A stretch of DNA of 64,000 nucleotides from Bacteroidales bacterium (GTDB lineage Bacteria; Bacteroidota; Bacteroidia; Bacteroidales; CAIWKO01), in assembly GCA_035389045.1 (NCBI GenBank), contig DAOORA010000011.1:1-64000 (forward strand), in the 5' to 3' direction. The notes beneath the pieces were generated by a model. It was not told the DNA's origin, searched no databases, and saw only the letters and a list, made by a program, of their open reading frames with translations. The position numbers were made by a program, and so were the translations under genes. Below are positions 21,638-31,293 of this stretch, in pieces (within the stretch, counting starts at the first letter, position 1; every line of letters starts with the position of its first letter).

Positions 21638-23119
21638 CTACTTCTCATACCTTATCTCGTCAATATATATATCAACAGGCGTTGGGTTCATATTCATATT
21701 GGTAACGATACAAAAACCACCTATAATGTTAGTTAAATCGGCGTCACGGAGGTCAATGGTGTACTCCTTCCACTTCGTGGTAAGGCTCGCCAAAATCTCA
21801 ACCGGGACTTTTTGCGAATCGCCGTAAGGCTCATCAATACCCGCCACCTTAAACTCCACCTGTGTGTTTCTGTTTGCACGAGCTGCAAATGTCAATGAAT
21901 GCCAGGCGTTTAAGTCATAACCTTTATTTAAGTTCTGCTTACCCCAAAAATCTGGTGTTACAAGCCAATATATACCACTCCATTTACAGGGCTGATAAGA
22001 ACATTCATTTGGCCCCAATCCTTTACTAAGATAGGTCACTTTGATGCATGATTCTCCGTAATAAGGTTCCTGGCAAAATTGATCAAGCGCGAGATCGCCA
22101 ACATCTCCCATAAACCCGGTTGGATAGAAGTGGTTCAGAGCGCTTCCTCCGTCGTGATAGACATAGAACACATCGGCTGTCTTTTTCTGTTTTGTGTCCT
22201 TGCCTTGATTTTCTGCAATTGTCAGATACCTGTTGAGCCCTCCGCTACGCACAAACAATTTGGCAACACGGTTGGTATCAAACAACCCCCAGCTTGCTTC
22301 GTATGATAATGATGACGATTTGGCTTTGAATGGGTTATCATAGGATTCAAAATATGCGAAACAAACATTTCTATTATTAAGATTTGCATAAAAATCGCTT
22401 TGTATTTGTTCATTCATACCTCCGGAACCAGCTGTCGGCATACCAGTTTCCTTCAATAAAACGGGCAATTTCGTTTTTTTTGAAAGTTCTTCATATTTTT
22501 TTTCGACCCATTCTGCAGCGCTTTTGGGGTTCTTAATCCCATGAAAAAACGGATGTACGATCGGAAAGATAAAGTCGAAATTACCGCCGGTCAATAACTC
22601 CGTATGAGTATAATAATCTTCTATTTGTTCAGAAGTTGTCAGCGGTTTACGTGTTGCCTTTCTGTACTTGATAACTGCTTGTTGTAGTTCTTCAAAGGTG
22701 TATCTTTCATTCAAACCTTCATTTCCAAGGCATATTCCAACAACACATTCAAGGTCACTGGATTTGACGACATTGCCAAATTCTGCGCTATCGTTGATAT
22801 CCCAAACACCCATAATGAGTTTTAATCCTTTTTCCTGGCATATTCCGGGGAGTTTTTCGCCCAGGATTCCACTCGATCCATAGGTTATAATACCTGTGAA
22901 TCCGTACTTAATTAATGTGTCCAGGTCGGTGATAATATCCTCCTCACTGGCTTCAATGCCTAAATCAGGATTAGATTTTGGCGGGTTATAGCACACCCAT
23001 ACATTGTTTTTCAAATCCTCTTTCAACTTTTGATTGTCGTTATTACTGCAACTTACAAGCAGCACTGCCAGGAAGGCCAGCAACAGAACTTTTTTTGTGA
23101 TTGTTTTTTTTGTTTTCAT
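21638..23119 (-). CDS. GH17-like (beta-1,3-glucanase/transglycosylase) lipoprotein with C-terminal CBM11-like beta-sandwich domain
   Basis: Lipobox LVSC; ITYG, LGNEG (acid/base), HPFF, KETGMP (nucleophile), YFESYD, WGLF; C-terminal GFMGD...GYDL...VEFK...WKEYTIDL...IIGGF. Confidence 0.82.
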   Translation of the reverse strand: MKTKKTITKKVLLLAFLAVLLVSCSNNDNQKLKEDLKNNVWVCYNPPKSNPDLGIEASEEDIITDLDTLIKYGFTGIITYGSSGILGEKLPGICQEKGLKLIMGVWDINDSAEFGNVVKSSDLECVVGICLGNEGLNERYTFEELQQAVIKYRKATRKPLTTSEQIEDYYTHTELLTGGNFDFIFPIVHPFFHGIKNPKSAAEWVEKKYEELSKKTKLPVLLKETGMPTAGSGGMNEQIQSDFYANLNNRNVCFAYFESYDNPFKAKSSSLSYEASWGLFDTNRVAKLFVRSGGLNRYLTIAENQGKDTKQKKTADVFYVYHDGGSALNHFYPTGFMGDVGDLALDQFCQEPYYGESCIKVTYLSKGLGPNECSYQPCKWSGIYWLVTPDFWGKQNLNKGYDLNAWHSLTFAARANRNTQVEFKVAGIDEPYGDSQKVPVEILASLTTKWKEYTIDLRDADLTNIIGGFCIVTNMNMNPTPVDIYIDEIRYEK

Positions 23120-23139
23120 TTTTACACCTCCTTTTTATA

Positions 23140-23712
23140 TTAAAATATTCGAAATAATTTTAGTTTGTTTGCTTTTTTGATAAAATTTTTCTTGCGCCTT
23201 ACCAGATCCCTGATTTCAATTGCCATATTAAAATCAACTTCATCAACAATCGGGTATATGAATTTTTCCGTTTCAGACAGATATCTGATAATAAAATCCT
23301 GATTACTGAATTCTGATATATCAGTTAAATTTTGAATGCGGTCCGCACTTTTAATGATCTTGGCGTCACGGGTTCCATCTCTTTTTATTCTGGTGAGGAA
23401 AGCAGCTTTGTCCTCGCCATGTCTTCTTGTAAGTTCTGAAACCAGTAAGATTACCCTTTGGCTATCGTTGTCAATAGTGCTGAGTTCCAAGATATTTGTA
23501 TCAGGTATGTCCTCCCATAAATCATGGATTATGGCCGCTTTCAATAAATATGAATATATGTAATGATAGTCTATGAGTATTGTCATTGTTGACATCACAT
23601 GCCTGAACATATTACCTCCGATTTCTCTTGGTATCATTCGTAAAGCTGTGGCCTTAGCAATCCATGGGGCAAGGCACATATCAGCTAATTTTGAAAATTC
23701 ATCCTGTTCCAT
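23140..23712 (-). CDS. Stand-alone RelA/SpoT-type HD hydrolase (small alarmone hydrolase / Mesh1-like)
   Basis: R...GN.FRH, AAIIHDLWED, LVSELT, IKSADRIQNL; no synthetase domain. Confidence 0.8.
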   Translation of the reverse strand: MEQDEFSKLADMCLAPWIAKATALRMIPREIGGNMFRHVMSTMTILIDYHYIYSYLLKAAIIHDLWEDIPDTNILELSTIDNDSQRVILLVSELTRRHGEDKAAFLTRIKRDGTRDAKIIKSADRIQNLTDISEFSNQDFIIRYLSETEKFIYPIVDEVDFNMAIEIRDLVRRKKNFIKKANKLKLFRIF

Positions 23713-23728
23713 GTTAAATATTTTATTT

Positions 23729-23788
23729 CAAATTTATAATTAATAACGCCTGATTTTTAGATGTTTTTAAGATATTTAGAAATATCTT
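23729..23788 (-). promoter_or_regulatory. Promoter (TAAATTTG) with upstream perfect palindrome AAGATATTT-AG-AAATATCTT
   Basis: -7 box at 23729-23736 (- strand); 9-bp inverted repeat at 23769-23788. Confidence 0.65.
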
Positions 23789-23821
23789 CGTATGTCCCTT
23801 ACTATTTTAAATTAAACAATG

Positions 23822-25174
23822 TTAACTGTGTTCCGGCAATTGCAAATTATTAAAACCCGGTTTATTAAAGCCATTTTTACCTAACTGATTTCTATAATAG
23901 CTATAGTGAGCCAGACGGTTTAGTATTGAGCTGTTATTATGCTCAGCATAATATTTTTGAAACTCGTCTTCAGTTACGGGTACCTCCGGGCTGTCCAAGG
24001 ATTTTCCTTTACGATAAACATAAATTAATTCAGGGTTGTTGGTAAAGAAATCTCCGGCGGGATTATTTTCATTTGGTGGAGCAACCCACAGGAAGTCTTT
24101 GTAATTATTGTTGGCAAGTAAATAAAAACGCACAATAAGTTCCTGGCTATCGATATCAAAAAAGCAGCAACTACCATCTAATGATCCGGTAACCAGAACC
24201 TCATCCTGAAACCCGACGCAGCACAACCACAAATCACGATCGTGACCATAGTAACATTTCGTTTCATGAAAATTTTGTAAATCGAAAGCTTTAGCCGAAG
24301 CATCAAAGCTACTGGCAACAATAAGGTTTTTATTAACAAACTGAACACTGGTTATGTCGTCGGTAAAAGCGTCGTCTATAATCCCAATTAGTTTGTTGTT
24401 GTTTGAAGTATCGAATATACGGATCGCACAATCCGGTTGAGCTGTTGCTGTAGCCAATAACGAAGAATCCTGGTTTAAGGCAATATACTTTATTGGCCCC
24501 AAATGCTTTAATACTGATATTACCTCACCATTACTTAAATCGTATTCGAATACATTGAAATCATCAGAGCCACTATAAAATTTCGAATCACTCCGGCAGC
24601 AACAGATTGTTTGGTTCCCCTTCACAACCCCATGATCCATAAGCTGTTTAATAAATATACCTGTTTTTAAATCAAACACATTTATTGTATTGTGCTTGAT
24701 TAAATTTACATCTGAGGTATAATTACACACATACGTTTTTTCTTGCAATGTGTCAGCAGCAACAAAAGGGATTCTGCCCTGTTCAGGAGTAACGTACTTC
24801 TGAACAATCTTCCCTGTTTCCAGATCCCATAAAATTGCACCTCTGTCCCATGAACCACTAAGCAAAAAATTTTTGCCGACAAACTTGGTGTTCCGAACCG
24901 ATTTGCTGTGCCCACGCAAAATGTTAAGCTCTCCCTTATGTATGTTGAACACTTTGATAACCGGGTGTCTGTCCGAATCAGATGTGACAACAAAAAATTG
25001 GTTGTCAGGACTGATATTCACGTGGCGTACGCCACAAAGCATTGTCTTCTCGAAATTAACCCTGTGAAATATTTGGTCATCACCGCCACTACCGTTTTTG
25101 ATGATTTTTCCAAGTCGGCCTTCAAATTTTTTTGAAAGATATGAGTTACCATGGTATTTTTGAATGTTTTTCAT
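23822..25174 (-). CDS. Cytoplasmic WD40-repeat protein
   Basis: GHSKSV...LSGSWDRGAILWD, SGSDD..VFEYD, SSFDASAKAFD, GHDRD...TGSLDG repeats; no signal peptide. Confidence 0.9.
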   Translation of the reverse strand: MKNIQKYHGNSYLSKKFEGRLGKIIKNGSGGDDQIFHRVNFEKTMLCGVRHVNISPDNQFFVVTSDSDRHPVIKVFNIHKGELNILRGHSKSVRNTKFVGKNFLLSGSWDRGAILWDLETGKIVQKYVTPEQGRIPFVAADTLQEKTYVCNYTSDVNLIKHNTINVFDLKTGIFIKQLMDHGVVKGNQTICCCRSDSKFYSGSDDFNVFEYDLSNGEVISVLKHLGPIKYIALNQDSSLLATATAQPDCAIRIFDTSNNNKLIGIIDDAFTDDITSVQFVNKNLIVASSFDASAKAFDLQNFHETKCYYGHDRDLWLCCVGFQDEVLVTGSLDGSCCFFDIDSQELIVRFYLLANNNYKDFLWVAPPNENNPAGDFFTNNPELIYVYRKGKSLDSPEVPVTEDEFQKYYAEHNNSSILNRLAHYSYYRNQLGKNGFNKPGFNNLQLPEHS

Positions 25175-25182
25175 ATGCTTTA

Positions 25183-26676
25183 CTATTTAATGTTAAACAT
25201 TTGTTCGAATTGGATTTTCAGTTTTAGAATCTTATCTTGAAACGTTTTTTGCTCTTCAATTAAATCTTTGTGATGATTTTCAATAGATTGAGTGCTGTTC
25301 AATATCTTAAGATATGATTTAATCACCGGATTATTTATAAGATTTTGCTTTTGCAGCGTCAAATCGAGAATGTTCTTCTCTAGCACATCATTTGCCTTGA
25401 GCAGATATTGAATTTTCTCACAAACCGTATTGCCGATTATATCATCGCCTTTGCTGGTAATGCCTGCTTTTTTATATATTTGCAATATCTTCATGCGTAT
25501 GGTTTCCAGTTCTATATAATCCGGTACATCATATCCGATCGTAGATGGGTTTGTTGAAGCTGCTTTTTTTAGAGTCAAGAAGTCTGACCAAATACTCCGT
25601 AGTTCCTCTAGCATTTCCGCGCTTAATTTTTTCAAATCCTCGGCTGACAAGAGATCCGGATGCGCGAGGCGGCAAATGCATGATGCAGTTGCCTTGATTT
25701 CACTTAAATAACAGGAAACATCACCTGAAGAAAAATGCTGATTGCCAGAAATCATTACCGCAGGCATCATGCGCATTGATTGGTTGATTTTAGCTTCATA
25801 ATCAGCAATTTCTTTATGTTTACTTTGTATATAATTGTCAACAGCATTTTCCACTTCATTTACACTGAATTCAGGATGTTCGCGTTTAATTCTAATCTTA
25901 CATTCTAAAATATCAAATTCAATACATAATTCTTTTAATTTAACCAGCACTGTCCCGAAGGTTTGCATATACATGTTCGTGATGTTTTGATTATATACAT
26001 TTGACTCGATAATGTCGAAACTTAGTTTTTCGAATTGAGGCATGAGTTTACGAAATCTGGACTGGAGTTCAAGGTATTTATCTCCATCATCTTCCCCGGC
26101 GGAATTCACTAAATCAACTTCCTTGTTGAAGTTTTTGCCAAATAGTTCTTCAACCATGGTATATGAATAAAAGAATATTTGCTCTGCCATCATATTTTCA
26201 ACGGCCGTAAAAAAGAGGGATCTGTTCAAGGTTGCGGTTATTTGCCATTTATCGATCATGCTCCAAAGGGAGTCTTTATCCGGAACAAATTTTTTCGAAT
26301 GTTTATCAAGTATCTCTTTAAAGCTAAGGTGCTCGTTCAGGGGAATAAATTTATTAGTGGCAAATACAGATTTTTCAAAATCAAGCTTTAATAACAGTAT
26401 ACTGGTTTCATAAATGCTACAGCGCGCTGCTACCGTTAGACGAAGTAATTCTTCATGCTTGATAAAATTATGGTTATAACCATTATCAAAGCAACCTAGA
26501 AATTGGTCCCAGGTGTTGTCCGCCAGAACTGCACGTCCATCGCTTAATACTAATGTATTACATACCGGCTCGAAATCATAACAGAGCATTTGAGCAGTCT
26601 TGCCAGTAATCTCATTAATATGCCTGACCAGCATATTGAGATCTGTTGATAGAGGAATATAACTTTTTGTTTTCAT
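25183..26676 (-). CDS. Coiled-coil protein with internal J-domain-like HPD motif
   Basis: EIKATASCICRLAHPDLL preceded by a long heptad region (YMQTFG.VLVKLKEL..E...L..KI) and followed by a coiled coil. Confidence 0.6.
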   Translation of the reverse strand: MKTKSYIPLSTDLNMLVRHINEITGKTAQMLCYDFEPVCNTLVLSDGRAVLADNTWDQFLGCFDNGYNHNFIKHEELLRLTVAARCSIYETSILLLKLDFEKSVFATNKFIPLNEHLSFKEILDKHSKKFVPDKDSLWSMIDKWQITATLNRSLFFTAVENMMAEQIFFYSYTMVEELFGKNFNKEVDLVNSAGEDDGDKYLELQSRFRKLMPQFEKLSFDIIESNVYNQNITNMYMQTFGTVLVKLKELCIEFDILECKIRIKREHPEFSVNEVENAVDNYIQSKHKEIADYEAKINQSMRMMPAVMISGNQHFSSGDVSCYLSEIKATASCICRLAHPDLLSAEDLKKLSAEMLEELRSIWSDFLTLKKAASTNPSTIGYDVPDYIELETIRMKILQIYKKAGITSKGDDIIGNTVCEKIQYLLKANDVLEKNILDLTLQKQNLINNPVIKSYLKILNSTQSIENHHKDLIEEQKTFQDKILKLKIQFEQMFNIK

Positions 26677-26701
26677 ATTATATTTTTTTTTAAATTTGTT
26701 A

Positions 26702-26790
26702 CAAAGTTAATTCACAAAACGCCATTAAAATGCTATTATTGAGATATTTAGAAAATATCTTTCTTGTAAAAAAATATCTTTAAAATATTT
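26702..26790. promoter_or_regulatory. Divergent promoter region with AGATATTT-AGA-AAATATCT palindrome and extra half-sites
   Basis: TAACTTTG on - strand at 26702-26709; palindrome 26742-26760; AAATATCT/AAATATTT again within 26771-26790. Confidence 0.65.
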
Positions 26791-26811
26791 CATTATAAAC
26801 TTGACATTTTT

Positions 26812-29060
26812 ATGAACGAATTTTCAATCATTGATAGATATTTGAGAGATTTTGAGATTGAAGAGAATAGAGAGGAAATCCGCCTACACTTTAAAGCTTT
26901 TTTAGAAAAAAAAGGTGTTTTAATTTCTAAAACGAGTATATGGAGGTTTGTTTGTGATTTGTGCAGAAAACTAAGTAATGTTAACACTCAAAAAGAAATA
27001 AAAGATTTTCAGTTAAAAATCTTTATATTAAATAATTATTATGTAGATGGAGATAAAATAAATATTGAAGAAATTAACAATGTAGACCTAACAACAATAT
27101 TTAACAAGAATAATATTTACGATAAAATATCAGTTAAAGAAAAGGCATCTTTGTTTCAAAGTTGGATAGATTTTCTCAACGACACTGTTAAAACAAATAT
27201 TAAAATTGTTAGGTTAATAGCTATACTTTCAGACTTTGAAATTAAAGATTCCCTTACATATGAGATAACTCAACCATCATGTCAGGTTGCTTACGGAACT
27301 ATTGAGATTACAAATCCTACAGGTTCAGAATACAGTTACAAACTGGATGACAATGTCCAGCCTGATGTTATATTCAATAACGTAAAGCCCGGTAAATATC
27401 AGTTATGTGTGATTGATAAAAATGGTAATACTTCCAACCCTGTCACAATCACCATTGACCAACAACCACCCACCCCAATAAAACCTGTCATTACCATAAT
27501 ACAGCCCACATATACCGTTCCTGCCGGAAGTATCCGTATTGATACGCCCGCTGAAGATGGGTGTACTTACAGCATTGATGGAATACAATATACAAAATCA
27601 AGAGAATTTAAGGATTTGAATCCCGGGGTGTATAAAATATCTGTTAAAAATTCTCATGGATGCGTTTCTGAAGAAGTCCAGGCTGAAATTCAAAAACAGC
27701 CAGTGATAACATATAAAATAACTCAACCATTATGTCAGGTTGCTTACGGAACTATTGAGGTTAACAATCCTACAGGTTCAGAATACAGTTACAAACTGGA
27801 TGACAATGTCCAGCCTGATGNNNNNNNNNNNNNNNNNNNNNNNNNNNNNNNNNNNNNNNNNNNNNNNNNNNNNNNNNNNNNNNNNNNNNNNNNNNNNNNN
27901 NNNNNNNNNNNNNNNNNNNNATTACCATAATACAGCCCACATATACCGTTCCTGCCGGAAGTATCCGTATTGATATGCCCGCCGAAGAAGGGTATACTTA
28001 CAGTATTGATGGATTACAATATACAAAATCAAGAGAATTTAAGGGTTTGAATCCCGGGGTGTATAATATATCTGTAAGAAATTCTTATGGATGCGTTTCT
28101 GAAGAAGTCCAGGCTGAAATTAAAAACCAGCCAGTACCGGTTATTCAAACAATTCAACCAAAGTGGTGCCACATCAGAGGGGTTATTGATGTGACCCAAC
28201 CATCTGACCCACAGTACACATACAGCATCGACGATAGTAATTATCAGCAGGAACCAAAATTCAAAAAAGTAAAACCAGGCAAATATAATGTAACCGTTAA
28301 AGCTAATGGAATGAAATCACTTGCCACAGTCGCTGAAATTAAACCTTATAAGATATTGCTTTTAATTGCTTCTATTATAGCTGTATTCATTTTTATTATA
28401 GCTGTTGCACTACTTTTATTGGGGGCATTATCGAAAAAAAATCCTCAAAAGTTTGAAGTATTTAAGCATTACGTTTTTTCAGGAAAAATGGGTGACATTT
28501 CGGATATCACGGAGGTGATTCCAACAGACAGTTCGTTAACATTTACATATACAACAGCAGGCATAGGCCCTCATGAATGGGGGTACAAATACCTTGATAA
28601 CGGACAGGTAAACAAAAATCCTGCAGGCTTTGGCGGTATAGCAGGATTATACCCACAAGATAATTGGTGTAATCAGGATGGAGGACGCGATCTTCGCAAG
28701 TTCAGTAATAAAATCACCTGGCAGGCAAAATTCGAAAGCCCGGATACCAACATTCAAGAATTATTTGCTGTCTTCAAAATAGGCAATATTAAATGGCATT
28801 TTTCTAATAAAAGTAAAGTACCATGTGATGAACGATATCAAGACAGCATGGATGATTTATCGCTTGGGATGAAAGAACTCACAAGAGAATGGCAAAATTT
28901 TGAATACGATCTGAGTGCTGTTGATAAGTCTGAATTTAAAAAGGTCGTTGGAGGATTTATAACCGTGGTTCCTCTTGTTGAAAATCATATTGTACCGGAC
29001 TCAATTAATCCTAAAACATTTACAATTTATCTTAAAAATGTGTATTACTGGGGGAAATGA
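26812..29060 (+). CDS. Single membrane protein spanning the N-gap: unknown N-terminal domain, SprB-like Ig repeats, one TM helix, CBM11-like C-terminal domain
   Basis: Both gap flanks match an upstream 453-bp repeat unit. Filling the gap with the 122 nt seen in that unit joins ORFs 26812-27930 and 27975-29060 in frame. TM: ILLLIASIIAVFIFIIAVALLLLGAL. Confidence 0.8.
27258..28135 (+). repeat. Intragenic tandem repeat, 453-bp (151-aa) unit, at least two copies, broken by the assembly gap
   Basis: ...GTCCAGCCTGATG ends at 27367 and 27820; ATTACCATAATACAGCCCAC starts at 27490 and 27921. Confidence 0.9.
27821..27920. other. Scaffold gap (100 N)
   Basis: Run of N in the sequence. Confidence 1.
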
Positions 29061-29207
29061 ATTTTCACAGGAATGAATAACAATCCCTGAAAAATGGCGC
29101 TTCATTCATTTGTTAAATTCGAAAATAAGCTGACACGTCGGAAAAACGGCCATTATGTCAAAAAACTTATCAGAACCGGGAGAATAAACTATTTATCCCA
29201 TTTTCAA

Positions 29208-30926
29208 TCACCTTTGCTTACCATTTATCTTTATCCAATGAAATTCATAGGGTTCAAGGACTAAAAACCTCTGACTATTTAGATATTCGTAATTCAGTCC
29301 CTTATCAAATAAATCTTTTTCAGCAGTAATATTATCACATGCAATTTTTATCAAAGATTCAGATAAATTATTAATTACCAATATTTTATTCTTCTGATAA
29401 ATCCTGTAATACGACAAAACCCGGTTTTCGGGCAGACCGTCTGTATTTAAGAATTTTTTCCATTCCAGGCTGCCTTTGCCGAAACATTCAAAGGTGTTCC
29501 GGACGTTCAGCAATTGCTTGGTGATATTCAATATTTCATTGTCTTCGGCCGTTTTCCAGTCAATTTTTCCACGGACCAAATATCGCTTATCTTCCTGTCC
29601 TGTTTTGTTTTTCATAGCTTCGTAAAAATCCATATCATTTTTCTTCCCCAATTCATCGCCGTAATATATGACAGGCGTGCAAGGCAGCGTAAGCAATATT
29701 GAATTGGCCAGGGCAATTTTACCGGTTTTATCTTCCAGCAAATCTCTCAGCCTGGCAGCCACGCCATTCCCATTACGAAATCCCCAGAACTTATCGTGAC
29801 AAAAATTTTCATAAAGGAATGCACGGTCTTTTTCACCGACCATTTCCAGATTTAATTCATCGTGACCACGAAGGAACAAAAACCATTGATAATCAAAATC
29901 ATTGGCAATGTCTTTTGGGCTTAATGAAGAAATAACGGGCTTACTGTTTTGTGCGGCCAATGACCTGTAAATGGCCAGGATCAGGGGAAAATGATAGGCC
30001 GCATTACATTCTGAGCCATTTTCGCCAAAATATTCAACAATTTTTTCTGTCGGGAGACAAGCCTCGGCCAGCAGCAAGGTTTCAGGCCTCAGATAATCCA
30101 GAATTGTCCTGAAAAACTTAATTACCACGTGGGCCTGAGACAAATTCATGCAGTCGGTATCATCCTCTTTCCAGATGAATGGTATGGCATCTGCACGAAA
30201 ACCATCAATTCCTTTTTGAAGCCAAAAAACCAAACTCCGGCACATTTCCAACAGAAGACGGGGGTTTTTATAATTTAAATCGGGTTGATGATTAAAAAAC
30301 CGGTGAAAATAATACCATTCTTCACCGTTAATTTTTTTGGGTTGCCAATTGCTTTTTTCAAGGGGGGCGAATAAAACCGGCACGTTCTTATACTTTTCAG
30401 TATCCTGAGCCCATATATAATAATCTTTATATTTACTATCCGGTGTGTTAATACCGCGGAACCATTCATGCTGATCCGATGAGTGATTTAATGCGATATC
30501 AAATATGACTTTTATATTTTTCCCGTGTGCTGCATTTATAAATTTCTGAAAAACTTCTTCCTGTTCCCTTGTATTTAAACCTTTTCTGAATAAATCATCC
30601 CGTATCTTTTTATAATCGCTGATATCAAACCCCTGATCCTTCATGGGCGAACTGAGGATCGGCAACAACCACAGGCAGCCGGCACCAAGGTCTTGCAGAT
30701 AGTCCAGTTTTGAGATTAAACCTTCAAATGTCTCATTAAACAAGTCAACGTAAAGACAGTACACAACACATTTTTTAAACCATTGTTTTTCATTCGGTTT
30801 TAATACGTTCTTTTGGCTTACCATCTCTAATTCATCAATAAAATCCGTCAGGATTTCCCCGGGATAATCGGGGTACAATGTTTTCCAGAAACCGGATAAT
30901 TTTAGAGTCAATTCCTGTGAATTCAT
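29208..30926 (-). CDS. treS: GH13 trehalose synthase-like (TreS) alpha-glucosyltransferase
   Basis: SPMKDQGFDISDY, NHSSDQHEWF, HQPDLNY, DGFRADA, LLAEA, FLRGHDELNLEMV. Confidence 0.78.
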   Translation of the reverse strand: MNSQELTLKLSGFWKTLYPDYPGEILTDFIDELEMVSQKNVLKPNEKQWFKKCVVYCLYVDLFNETFEGLISKLDYLQDLGAGCLWLLPILSSPMKDQGFDISDYKKIRDDLFRKGLNTREQEEVFQKFINAAHGKNIKVIFDIALNHSSDQHEWFRGINTPDSKYKDYYIWAQDTEKYKNVPVLFAPLEKSNWQPKKINGEEWYYFHRFFNHQPDLNYKNPRLLLEMCRSLVFWLQKGIDGFRADAIPFIWKEDDTDCMNLSQAHVVIKFFRTILDYLRPETLLLAEACLPTEKIVEYFGENGSECNAAYHFPLILAIYRSLAAQNSKPVISSLSPKDIANDFDYQWFLFLRGHDELNLEMVGEKDRAFLYENFCHDKFWGFRNGNGVAARLRDLLEDKTGKIALANSILLTLPCTPVIYYGDELGKKNDMDFYEAMKNKTGQEDKRYLVRGKIDWKTAEDNEILNITKQLLNVRNTFECFGKGSLEWKKFLNTDGLPENRVLSYYRIYQKNKILVINNLSESLIKIACDNITAEKDLFDKGLNYEYLNSQRFLVLEPYEFHWIKINGKQR

Positions 30927-31293
30927 AAATATAAATTTTTGAAGAATTTATAAAAAATTTAATTGCGATTAATAAGATTCTTTTATAAGGGAGGTATTAG
31001 ATGCTGTTCATTTGATTATTAAAGCTCATCAACATATTGAGTGCAATAATTACGCTAAAACACATTTATAAAGATTGTTGGTTTATGGTAACACTGATAA
31101 TTCTCTTACGTGATTTGCTACCTGATATATCAATGCAATCTCTTTGCTATACAAATATAAATATTTTTAAATTATTTTTATATCCTTTCAGAAATTTTTC
31201 TTAATCATCCTTCGTCCGGGCAGCGTCAACTCATTTGACCATACTCTGCAAAAATTTTACAGACAGATCACTTACTGGATTTCACCCACCGGA

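Noticed and set aside
16928..31290. Intact integrative element or prophage at tRNA-Cys
   Set aside because: No integrase, phage or conjugation genes, and no duplicated tRNA 3' end was found by eye.
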